Shown in pieces: positions 30,990-43,250 of a stretch of DNA of 64,000 nt (positions within the stretch are counted from its first letter, which is position 1; the number at the start of each line of letters is the position of its first letter). The notes under the pieces are model-generated. The model was not told the DNA's origin. It did no database searches and saw only the letters and a list, made by a program, of their open reading frames with translations. The translations under genes and the position numbers were made by a program. Location: positions 2,978,001 through 3,042,000 of the forward strand of contig NC_058369.1 of the NCBI RefSeq assembly GCF_018350175.1, written 5' to 3'. This stretch comes from Felis catus (taxonomy: Eukaryota).

Positions 30990-31740
30990 AAAAGCCCTTT
31001 GCAATGTGGGAAGTGTCGGTGGATTGTACCAAAGTCAATGTTCTGGTTTTGCTCTTATGTAAGATGATCCCACTGGGAGAAGGTGGAGGACGGATACTCG
31101 GGACCTCTCTGTACTATTTTTGCGACTACCTGTCTATAATTATTTCAAAATAAAAACCTTTTTTGAAGGCACGTACTAATCACTGATTTATCCCGCGAAG
31201 ATAGATTGGTTTTTATCTATACCATAGGCAATGGGCTAGGTGTAGTCGCCATAGCAATAAACGAAACACCTCACTAATTGCACCACTGTACCCGTTCTTA
31301 CAGTAGGTACTCGGATTTTTCTGTGCCTCCTTTTCTTCATCTGTCAAATGGGGTGATCGCTGAGGGAGAGTAAGGTTAAATACATTCGAAGGGATTAGCA
31401 CCGTGCCTGACAAAGCACTCAATGTAGCTATTTTAATTAGCTACCATTGCTATTAATACAACGTTTATTTCAGGGGCATAGTTTGCCGCTTCTCAGGCAC
31501 GGGGCTCAACGCTTTCCAGGTGTAATCTTATTTTCTACTTCATTTCCTCTCTAGCGGGAGGTACACAAGACTATTTTGCATTTGTGTCCTAATCTGACCC
31601 CAAGAAACTATTGCATTTCAGATCTTTGGCTGGAGGGGAACAAACTGGCATTCCATTCGGTATCTTTATTCTTTATATAGAGCCAAGCCCAATGCCTGGT
31701 ACATAGCAGACCCTTAGTAAGTATTCCTTATGTCATCCCC
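30990..31740. mobile_element. L1MC 3' end, MIR and L2 3' fragments
   Basis: gggacctctctgtactatttttgc; tcatctgtcaaatgggg; aatgcctggtacatagcag. Confidence 0.6.
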
Positions 31741-33109
31741 AAATGATATTGCCGTTAGCACAAAGAAACCCCTGAGGTAAATCTTCCCCTACGCTCGTGC
31801 TCTCAAAAGGACTGCACTGCTTTCCCTCAGATAAGCACCTGCAAAAGGCAATGCAAGTTGGAATCTGAACTCCGAGCCTGTGCACTCCTTCCCACAAATG
31901 CTTTGCGCATTTTGCTTTGTAAAGCTCTGTCCAGTCGTTGATTGCATTTACCCTCGGGGTTATTTCGGGGTCTTTGAGCACCTACAGCTGTGTTCATGAC
32001 ATGTTTTGATGTTAATTTTACAAGACGAATATGCATGTGCCATTTGAAGGACACGTTTCCAGTAGATGGGTAATCAGGTTTCCATTTTTTTTTTTTTACA
32101 TTTATTTATTTTTGAGAGAGAGAGGGAGACAGAGATAGAGCACAATTGGGGGAGGAGCGGAGCGAAAAGGAGACGGAGAATCCAAAGCGGACTCCAGGCT
32201 GTCAGCACAGAGCCCGACGCGGGGCTTGAACTCACAGACCGTGAGATCATGACCTGAGCTGAAGTCGGACGCTCAACCGACTGAGCCACCCAGGCGCCCC
32301 TCAGGGCTCCCGTTCTTAGTTAATTTCTATCTTAGATGTGTTGCGCGCCCACTGTGCCCTGGGCTCCGTATTAGACACTTCGCAGCACTTCCTTTCAAAT
32401 TAAGGCATCTCAGAGATGAAAAGCAAAGGTTTTCGTTAAGAGGGGGTTCAATTTGCTCTCACGTGAGCAGAATGCTTATTGCGAAAACTGAGCGTAAACT
32501 GAATAAGCCGGGGAGAGTTTAATAAGGAGAATAGGGAGATTGAAGTCCTTCCCTCCGCTGCTACTCTTCGTGGGGACGTGTTCAGCCCCACGGCTGCCGG
32601 GATGGGACCAGCGACACGCATGGTACCTGTCCCCACCGCTATTCCCAGACCCACGTTCAGCAGAAGCCTGGGGAAGGTACCGGGCTTCAGCAGAGAGCAA
32701 AAGCAGCTCCAGCCAGGTTCAGGGTCTGCAGTAATAAATACAGGCCGAGGTAAAGGGCGGGGAAGAATCGGGAGAAAAAAGTCGCCTCTGCAGGGAGGCT
32801 CAGCTGCGCATGCGCCAGCCAAGAACTCTGTACCTCCGGGAGGCGACGGCAGCGGCCCCTGCTGACCAGCACCCGCCATTGCACGCCCCTCGTATCTGCC
32901 TTTTGATGCGCTTGGAGCGTTTATGGAACGCCGGCCACCGCCCTTGAAATCAGTGAATTCGCATAATCTCCCTCACACCCTGGGCTTTGGCTGAGCTCCT
33001 TTGTGCAGGAGATAGTTGAGGCTCAGAGAAGTTAGAGGATTCAATCGGAGTCTCACAGCAGATGAGAGAAGAACCCAGCGACTCACAAAGTCACGGTTTG
33101 CTGGTGTAT

Positions 33110-33510
33110 TCGTACAACGGAAGGTTCTTCAGCCTCAGGAAGGGAGGCCGTCCTGCCACCTGCCACCACGTGGATGGACCCGGAGGACACTATGCGCAGT
33201 GACAGAAGCCAGACACAGACACGTCCTGCGTGACCCCACTCACAGGAGGTCCCTAGAGGAGTCCAGTCCACAGAGACAGAGAGTGGATGATGGGAGCCCC
33301 TGGGGGAGGGCGGGGTGCCCAGGGGGTGGGGAGCCAGTGTTTCATGGGGACAGAGTCTCCGTTTGGGGAGATGGAAAGTTCTGGAGACGACGACAGAGGT
33401 GGCTGCACAACAGTGTGAGCGTGCCTGACGCCGCTGAGCTGTGCACTTGGAAATAGCTGAGAGGGTGAATTTTATGTTATGTGTATTTTACGACCATAAC
33501 AAAAAAATAG
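33110..33510 (+). mobile_element. L1MB-like 3' end
   Basis: tggatggaccc...gacagagtctccgtttggggagatggaaagttctgg...ttttatgttatgtgtatttta. Confidence 0.8.
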
Positions 33511-35289
33511 AGTTGAATCAGGGAGCAACTCTGCCCCACTACTATTGCCTGGATGGGTTTCAGATGTGGTTCAACGGAAGCCAGACATCATGAGTTTAAA
33601 TTCTTTTTTTGTTTATTTATTTTTGAGAGTGAGGGCGGGGGAGGGGGTGGATACAAGCAGGGGAAGGGCAGAGAGAGAGGGAGACAGAGAATCCCACAAG
33701 AAGACAGCTGTCCGCAAGTCCACAAGAGAGGCCTCGGGAAAACCAGCCCCGTCGATGCCTCGATTGCGGGCTTCTAGCCTCCACCACTGGGGGACAATCA
33801 ATATCTGGGTTTTTTTTTTTAATTTTTATTTATTTTTGAGACCACGCGCGTGCACACAAGCGGGAGAGGGGCAGGGAGAGGGGGACAGAGGATCCAAAGT
33901 AGGCTCTGCGCTGACAGCAGAGTCCCACAAGGGGCTCAAATTCATGAATTGCGAGCCCATGACCTGAGCTAAAGTCAGAGGTTCAACCGACTGAGCCACC
34001 CAGGTGCCCCCGTACCTGTTGTTCAAGCCCTGCCGTGTGTGGTGTTTTGTTATTAAGCCACAGTAAACGAACCCAGCTCCCATCATGGGACAGAAACACT
34101 AGGCTCGACGTTCCAACTATTCCTTCTACGAATATTTATTAGCACCTAATACTTATCGGGCAGGGCCGGAACCGGGATTAGGAAAGCAGATGGTTTCCCT
34201 TGGGCACAAAATTTAAGAGCGCTCCAAAAACCTCAGCCGCACCGTCAGTGCAGAGCCCGATGCGGGGCTCGAACCCACAACAGGACCAGAGTCACAGATC
34301 TTTCCCCTTGCTTCGGGGTCCAGCATGGCTCTTCCGTGGGTCGTTCTGCTAGAGGCCCGTGTGGAAGCAGCCTTGGGGAGACAGCACACATGCTGCTCTC
34401 CGGGGAGAGTCGTGCAGTTTCAGGGGAGTCTGGCGAGGCCAACCGGTGAGAACAGCAGCTCCAGGGCAACGCTGATGTCCAAGGTCCCTGAACAAGGCTC
34501 TAAGGAAAAGACAGACTTGCTTCTCCCCTCCAGAGGGGTTTTGCCATGGGCACTGTAAAGCCCCAGTTTACGGAGGCTTAAACCGACAATCCGACCATCC
34601 CGGAGGACAAGTAAAGGTGACAGTCTGGTCTGGGGCTCCCAACATGCCCTTAGGGACTTGATTAGAGCCCTAGGCAAACCGTTTTGCCTTTCTTTGCTTT
34701 TAAGCTGCTCCTGGGACCTGCAGCCCAGGCTTTCCAGGGGCCCCACCCCTCCCCACCCACAAAGACACCCATCAGCTGTGCGGCCTGGCTCCACCTTATT
34801 TGCCTGGAATTCTTCACCTCCCTCAGACCCGGAGCTCCCGGGTTTCCTGGTTGTCTCCTGGGAGCTTTGTGATGTAAGACAAAGCGTCCCTGCCTTCGGG
34901 GAGCTGATTGGCTGGTGGAGGAAACAGTCAATCAAATATTTGCACAAATTGAACCTTTCAAGTTGGGTGGGAAGGAGAGAGAGAGAGACCTAGCAAAGGA
35001 GAGGGCAGAACAGGGCAGGGCTATGATCTAGCCTGGGGAATCAGGGAGGGCTGCCTGGAGGAGGTGACTCTTAAACTGCTCCAGGAAAGATGAGAAAGCG
35101 TTCAATGAGCGGAAGTGGAGATTGTGGTCCAGGGAGGGGGAAGAGCAAATCCAAAGGCCCTGAGGTGGCAGGCACAAGGGAAGAAACAATGAAAGTCAAG
35201 TGGCTTTCTACCTATTCGACTTCTCACACACATGGGAGGGAGCAAGTCGGTGGCTTTAGCTGGACTGCCCGGGGCATGACTCCAGGACA

Positions 35290-35482
35290 GCAGAAATGGC
35301 TACCTTTTTCTTAAAGGGCCAAGTAGAAAGCATTTCAGCTTTTGGGGCCACACGGCTTCTCACCTCTGCTGCGTCACCACCACAGACACCCTACACGAAT
35401 GGGCGCGGCTGCGTGCCAATAAAACTTTATTGATGGATGCTAAAATGTGACGTTCATACAACTTTCGAAAGGCATGAAATAT
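35290..35482 (+). mobile_element. MER58-like MITE; further copies at ~43850-44075 (-) and ~58635-58800 (-)
   Basis: cttaaagggccaagtag...gaatgggcgcggctgcgtgccaataaaactttatt. Confidence 0.75.
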
Positions 35483-36249
35483 AGGGGCATCTGGGTGGCT
35501 CTGTCGGTCCAAGGGTCCGACTTCGGCTCAGGCCACGATCTCAGGGTTCGTGCGTTCGAGCCCCGCGTCGGGCTCTGTGCTGACAGCTCAGAGCCTGGAG
35601 CCCGCTTCGGATCCTGTGCCTCCCTCTCTCTCTGCCCCAACCCACTCGCATTCTGTCTCTGTCTCTCTCAAAAATAAATAAACATAAAAAAAAATTAAAA
35701 AAATTAAATAAAACACAGATTGTGACCAGAAGTGCGCCCATGTCTCTTCCAGTGGCCACCACCCCAAAGAAACCACCATTCTGTCTTCTAACCACATGGA
35801 TGGGGGGGTTGCTCTTTGTGAATTTCGGGCATGTTGAATCATGCAATGTGGCCTCTTCTCAATGCTGTATTTTTCTTTTGAGACCCTGGCACAATGGATT
35901 CGCGCGTTTCACTGTTGGTGGGCATCTGGGCCGTTTCCAGTTTGGGGCAGTTTCGACTCACGCTGCTATGGAACATTCTAGCGCATGTCCCAACAGCATT
36001 TCTGTTGGGGACATACCTTGGAGTGGAATTGCTGAGTCATACAACCATGCCTGATTTCAGCTTCAGTGGACGCGTCCTTTTTACCAAAGTGCAAACCAGG
36101 ACGATTTTGAAAGTAAAAGGGATCCTGATTTAATTATACCAGGATGATGGTTGTAAACCAGGCCGGTCCGGGGACCCTGGGATGCATGGATCCCCCAGAG
36201 AATAGGGGAGCATATGAGTAGGGACCCCGGTGAGAAGAACCCCTGATGT

Positions 36250-36440
36250 ATGGGGCAATTCTGTCCCCGGCGGAACGCTGGGCCGTGTCTGGGGGACATC
36301 TGTAGTTGTCACAACTAGGAGGGCTCCTGGGAGCAAGTGGGCGGGGACCGGGGATTCTCAACACCCCACAGTGCCCAGGATGGCCCCACTTTAGAGAATG
36401 ATCGGGTCTTGAATGTTGTTCACGGTGTTGAGAGTGAGAA
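36250..36440 (+). mobile_element. MER20-like DNA transposon; second copy at ~49885-50100
   Basis: ggggcaattctgtcccc...gtctgggggacatctgtagttgtcacaact...cacagtgcccagga; orientation relative to consensus uncertain. Confidence 0.7.
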
Positions 36441-36899
36441 AAAAAACCTACATGCGATCTTTTTGTTTTATTTTAATAACGTGCTCTAGGGGCACCTGGC
36501 TGGGTCACTCAGAGCATGTGATTTTTTTTATTTTTACCGTGGTTTTTAATGTTTATTTTTGAGAGAGAGAGACAGAGAGAGAGAGCGCGGGGGCGGGGCA
36601 GAGAGAGAGGGAGACACAGAATCGAAAGCAGGCTCCATGCTCTGAGCTGTCAGCATAGGGCCCGATGCAGGGCTCGAACCCACAGTCAGATCATGACCTG
36701 AGCCGAAGTTAGACACCCAACCAACTGAGCCACCCAGGCGCCCCTAAGAGCATGTGATTCTTGATCTCGGGGTCGTGGGTTCTAGTCCCACATTGGGCGT
36801 AGAGATTGCTATAAATACATACATACATACGTAGATAAGTACATAAATAAATACATAAATAAATAAAATGCTCTCCATTTTTCTAGTGTGAATGATATT

Positions 36900-37620
36900 C
36901 ATCTACCCTGCACATATCTAGTGGGTACCTCCTGTCTGCCAGACATTGACTGAGGAGCTGGGGACACAGGACAATTGTCCCTATCCTGGTGGGGCTTATA
37001 TTCTAATGGGACTGGCAGGGAGAAGCATGAATAAATGAATACAGTGTATGGTTATGTCAGATGGCGAGAATGCTAGGAAGGAAGGTGAAATAGAGTTAGG
37101 GGCTGGGAGGAGTGGGGACAGATGGTAATACACACTTTATGTGTTTAAGGAGATAGCAGAGATCTGAAGATCAGGGAGAGAGCAATATGGGTGCCTGGGG
37201 GAAAGGCATTCCAGGTGGGAAGAGCATGTGCAAAGGCCCTGGGGCAGAACCATGCCCTGGAGTGTTGAAGGAATGGTAAGGAGGCCCTGTGCCTGGAGCA
37301 GAGTGAGAGAGAAGGTGAGAGGGAGGAGGGGAAGGGAGAGGAGGGAGGGGATAGGGCAGGTCGTGCGGGGCCTTGGGGGCCCCTGGGAGGATTTGAGTTT
37401 TTACCGCCAGTGATTCTGGAGCCCTGGAGGGCTGTGGGCACGGGAGGGCAGGGCCTGACTCGGGTGCTCACGGGTGCCCTCTGGCGGCCACCGCGGGGAG
37501 GACGGACTGTTGGGGGGGGGGGGGGTCGGGGAGGGAGAGCAGACAGCAGTAGGTAGTGTGCTGGTCCAGGCAGGAGATGATGGGGGCTGAGGAATGGGTC
37601 AGGAGATGTGGTCGGGCTGC
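36900..37620. mobile_element. L2 fragment; other L2 pieces at ~34850-35200 and ~54800-55850
   Basis: gcattccaggtgggaagagcatgtgcaaaggccctggggcag. Confidence 0.7.
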
Positions 37621-40304
37621 ACATTGGAGTATTATTATGCCTTAAAGAGGAGTGAAGTTCTGACACATACACGGTGTGGATGGGCCTAAAAAACAGTGCT
37701 CAGGGGCACCAGGGTGGCTCAGTGGGTTAATCATTCAACTCTTGATTTTGTCTCAGATCAGATCTCACGGTTTGTGGGTTCGAGCCCCCCATTGGACTCC
37801 GTGCTGACAGCTCAGGGCCTGGAACCTGCTTCAGGTTCTGTGTCTCCCTCTCTCTCTGCCCCTCCCCTGCTTGCACTGTCTCTCTCTCTCTCTCAAAATA
37901 AACATTAAAAAAAATTAAAGAAAATATGATGCTCAGTGACACAACCGACGTAAAGTTCATATAGCGTATGATTCACTTTATAAGAAACGTCCAGAACAGA
38001 CAAATCCATTGAGACAGAAAGTGAGTCTCTCCGGGATTTCTTTTTTGGGGACCTAGAAATGTTTTAAAATCAAATATGGGGGCGCCTGGGTGGCTCAGTC
38101 GGTTAAGCGTCCGACTCCGGCTCAGGTCATGATCTCGCGGTCCGTGAGTTCAAGCCCTGCATCAGGCTCTGTGCTGATGGCTTAGAGCCTGGTGCCTGCT
38201 TCGGATGCTGTGTCTCCCTCTCTCTCTCTGCCCCTTCCCCACTTGTGCTCTGTATCTCTCTCTCTCAAAAATACATAAAATGTAAAAAAATAATTTTTTT
38301 TAATTAGAATAGGATGATATCAGAACTTACTATTCACGTAAACACCTTGATTCTATGTATTTCACTCCATCCCCTCTGCCCCCACCCTGGTCCAGGACGG
38401 CATCATCACTTCCCTGGGTGACCGCACTCACCTCCTCCCTGCTCTCCTGCCTCCACGCGTGCCCCCCACAATCCATTTTTCACAGCTGCTGGAAGGATCT
38501 TTGTAAGCACAAATCCTACCTTACCCCACGTGCCAGTTAATCGTCTGTGTCCCCTTTCACTGGGCCGTGGTGCCATATTTTGCCCAACATGATTCTGGAC
38601 GTTTCTGTGAAAGTGTTTTCGGACGAGATTAACACTTAAGGCAGTGGACTGTTTTTGTGTTTGTGCCAAGCAGGTCCCAGTCCGGGACACGCAGCGTACC
38701 TGTAAGATACGTATATAATGTACGCGTTGCCGTCAACATCTCAAGATCCTTCTTTTTTTTTTTTTTTTAATGTTTGTTTATTTTTAACAGAGAGACAGAG
38801 CATGAGTGGGGGAGGGGCAGAGAGCGAGGGAGACGCAGAATCCGAAGCAGGTTCCAGGCTCTGAGCCGTCAGCCCAGAGCCCGACGCGGGGCTCGAACTC
38901 CCGGACCGCGAGATCGTGACCTGGCTGAAGTCGGACGCTCAACCGACTGAGCCACCCAGGCGCCCCTCAAGATCCTTCCTTTTGCTTCAGCCTCCCTAGA
39001 ATATTGCCTTCACCCTCATAGCCCAAGATGGTGCACCACGTGTCCACATTGCATCCAATAGGAAGAGCGAGAGAGGAAAAGGGAAAGGAAGTGTACATAT
39101 CACTACCCTCATTGGCCAGAATTTAGTCACATGACCACGCCTAGCTGTAAGGGAACCTGGGAAACGTAGTCTTTATTCTGGGAGGCTGTGCCCAGCTTAC
39201 AATAGGAAGTCCTATTACTGACAGAGAGCAGATACGGGGGCACAATTCATCGTTACCACCCCTGTGATACTGCTAAGAATTCTGTGAGCCTTGCCACCTC
39301 TCGGAACACCCAGCACAAATTTTTCTGCAAATCACGCATTTCCTTATTTACCGGTGCAGAGCTTGGGACGTATGCTAGAATTAATCTCTGCGGAATATAT
39401 TCCTAAAAGTGAAATTGCCGGGTCAAATTGTATGGCTACTTTTAATTTTTAATAATGACACGAATGTCTAGGGGCACTTGGGTGGCTCAGTTGGCTAAGT
39501 ATCCGACTCTTGGTTTCAGCTCAGGTCATGATCTCACAGTTGTGACGGTCGTGAGATTGAGCCCCCTGTCAGGCTCCACGCTGAGCTGACAGCACAGAGC
39601 CCGCCTGGGATTTTATCTCACCCTCTACCCGTCTATCTTTAATGTTTAATAAATAAACATTAAAATAGTTAAAAATTAAATAATAATAATAATAACACGA
39701 ATACCTAATATTATAGATGGGATCTAATTACATACACAGCTGTTAAGTTGCTTCTAAAGTTTTTTTATGAATACGTATTTTATAAGGTGAGCCTGGGTGG
39801 CTCAGTTGGTTAAACGTCCAACTTCGGCTCAGGTCAGGATCTCGCGGTTTGTGAGCTTGAGCCTCACGTCAGGCTCTGTGCTGACAGCTCAGAGCCTGGA
39901 GCCTGCTTTGGATTCTGTGCCCCTCCCCCACTCATGCTCTGTCTTGCTCTGTCTCTCAAAAATAAATAAATAAATGTTAACATATATATATATTTAAAGA
40001 TTTTATTATTTTTAAAGTTTATTTTATTCATCTTGAGAGAGATAGAATCCCAAGCAGGCACTGCACAGTTACCACACAGCCCGATGCAGGGCTCGAACTC
40101 ACGAACCATGAGATCATGACCTGAGCCTAAATCAAGAGTCAGATGTTTAATGGACTGAACCACCCAGGTGCTCCTAAGATTTTATTTGTAAGTAAGCTCT
40201 ACACCCAATGTGGGGCTTGAACCCACAACCCTGAGATCAAGAGTCACATGGTCCACCAACTGAGTCAGGCAGGTGCCCCTATTAGGAATTTTTTCAAAGG
40301 TACC

Positions 40305-40835
40305 GTGGTGGACAGACTCTTAGAGTGCCCCTGCCAATCCCCGCCTCCTGGTATTCATGCCCTTGTATAATCTCCTCCCTTCGAGTGTTGCTCGGACCTG
40401 TGACTTGCTTCTAACTAACAGGAGACAGCAGAGGTGGAGGAAGTCGTTCCCGTAAATAGGTTACCTAGGATTGCAGTCTCCAGCATGTGAGTTGTCTCTC
40501 TCACTCGCTGGTTGGGATAGAGTGAGCGTTCATGTTGAGAAAGTTCCTGTGACGGGTCCTGGAGGGTGGCTTCTAGCTGACAGCCAGCCAGAAGCTGAAG
40601 CCCTCAGTCTTCCAACCACAAGGAACTGAACTCTGCCCATGACCTCAGCACATTTGGAAGTATGTCCTTCCTCAGTCGGGCCTCCAGATGAGATCACGGC
40701 CCAGCACACATCTAGATTTCAGCTCAGAGTCTAGGAAGGAGAACCACACGGGCTTGGATGCCTGAACTACAGGAACTGTGAAACTTGTTTCAAGCTCCTG
40801 AATGAGTGGTTATTTGTCACACAGCAATAGCTACA
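40305..40835 (+). mobile_element. MLT1-type MaLR LTR
   Basis: cctcctggtattcatgcccttgtataatc...gacctgtgacttgcttctaac...tttgtcacacagcaatag. Confidence 0.8.
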
Positions 40836-41049
40836 CATTGAAACATAAAGACTCATCATGTATCACTCACAGGTACTCATCAATGATCAAGCTTTTGCCA
40901 GCTTGTGATAATAATTCCTATTATGACATCCCTACTCTATATTCGAATTTTATGGAATTTCTCAATAATGTTATTTTACTGTGTTCTTCTTCTTTTAAAT
41001 GTTTATTTATTTATTTTGAGGGGGGGCAGGAGGGGCAGAGAGAGAGGGG

Positions 41050-41106
<57 letters not shown>

Positions 41107-42029
41107 TCCCAAGCAGGCTCCGTGCTGTCAGCGCAGAGCCTGACTCAGGGCTCGAACCCCCGAACCGGGAGATCATGACCCAAGCCAAAATAAAAAGTCG
41201 GACGCTCAACCGACTGAGCCGCCAGGGGTGCGGGTGGGGGGCCTAGGCCCTTAGGAAAAAAAGAAAACAACTTTTTACTTTGAAATAATTATGGATTCTT
41301 AGGAAGTTGCAAAGATAGGACACAGAGGTCCCCTGTGCCCTTCACCCAGGCCCCTCCCTACGGTGGCATCTAATGCAACTACACCACAGAAGCCAGGAAG
41401 GGGACGTTGGTATAATGTGTGTCTAGCTTTGTGTCATTGGTGTATACAATCTCATAACCACTGTTACCAAAATACAGACCTATTCCATTCCTCCAAATAT
41501 TTTCCTTTTGCTATCCCTTTTCTGTCTCCCCTACTCCGCTCCCCATGGCCCAGCCCTCAGGCTGTTCCACTAATCTCTGTTCCGGTTCTCCAATTTTGTC
41601 AGTTTGAGAATGCTGTATAAATGGAATCACACGGTGTGTAACACTTTGAGATCGGCTCCCCCCGCCCCCGCCCCCGCCCCGTAGCATAATGCCTTCGAGA
41701 TTATTTTGTCCTTTCTCGATTAGTGGTGTAAGAATACATCACAATTCTAGGGGTGCCTGCCGGCATCCGTCGGTTAAGTGTCTGATTTTGGCTCAGGTCA
41801 TGATCTCACAGTTTGTGAGTTTGAGCCCCGCGCCAGGCTGTGTGCTGACGGTGTGGGGCCTGCTGGGGGGGGGGGGGGTTCTCCTTTTTCCTCTCTCTGC
41901 TTCTCCCCGGCTTGCACTTTCTCTCTCAAGACAAATAAATACAAACTTGAGAAAGGCAAAGATAATTTTTTTCTTTTTTATAGTTAAAAAATGCGTGAAA
42001 AAATATACATAACACAGAATTCACGCTCA

Positions 42030-42740
42030 ATTCTATTCCATCAGTCAATATGTCTGTGCAGAGGCCAGCACCACACTGTTTTAATCACATAGCTTTATAG
42101 AAATTTTGAAATCAGGAAATGTGAGTCCTCAAATTCATTCTTTTCTTTTTTTTTTTAAGATTGTATTGGCTATTTGGGGTCGCTTGTGATTCAACACTAA
42201 TTTTAGGATGGGTTTTTCTATCTCTGCAGAAAAGTTGTTGGGAGTTAAACAGGGACTGCATTGAATCTGGAGAGCAATCATTTTGGAGTATATTGAAATC
42301 TTAATAATATGAAGTCGGGCATGCAAGGAATGGGAGAAAATATTTGCAAATCATATATCTGATGGAGGGTTAGTGTCCACAATATATAAAGAACTTCTGC
42401 AGCTCAACAACATAAAACACAACCCAATTAAAAAAAGGTGGGGGGGGGGGGGGAAGCAAAAGACTTGAACAGACATTTCCCCAAAGAAGACATACATGTG
42501 GCCAATAAACGCATGAAGAGATGAGAAATGAGGATGAATCCTTAGGAAATGCAAATCAAACCCCCAACAAGGTACAACTTCACACCCATTAGGAAGCTAT
42601 TGTTAAAACAATATGAAAGGTGGGGGGCTGGGTGTCTCAGTGGGTTAAGCTCTTGGTTTGGGCTCAGGTCATGATCTCACGGGTTCGTGGGTGGGAGCCT
42701 CCTATCGGGCTCTGCACCAACCGCATGGAGCCTGCCTGGG

Positions 42741-42776
<36 letters not shown>

Positions 42777-43250
42777 CCTCCTCTGCTCTCTCTGTCTCTC
42801 CAAATAAATAAACTTAAGAAAAAAAACAATTTAAACAAAATGAAACAAAAAGCAGAAAGTAGCAAGTGTCCTTGAAGATGTGGAGAATCAGAGCCCTTGT
42901 GCTGTTGGTGGGAACACAACATACACTAACTAGCCATTGTAGCAAACCCTGCGGTTCAAAGTTAAACATAGAGCTACCCACGTGACCAGCAATTCCGCCT
43001 CCGGGTATTTACCCCAAAGAGTTGAAAGCATGGTCTCTGTTATTTGTACACCTGTTTTCATACCAGGATTATTCAGAATAGCCAAGACGTGGAAGCAACC
43101 CAAGCATCCATCGAGGGAGGAGCAGAGAAGCAAAAGGTGGCCCATCCACACAACAGAATATTCTTCAGCCTAGAAAGGGAAGGACATCGTGACACTGGCT
43201 ACAACGTGGTGGGTCTGGAGGACATCACGCTCATCAAAATAAGCCAGAGA
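42030..43250. mobile_element. L1 ORF2 remnants: antisense 42030-42325, sense 42330-43250
   Basis: ORF 42135-42326 reads EIEKPILKLVLNHKRPQIANTILKKK; the sense part starts EWEKIFANHISD. Confidence 0.85.
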
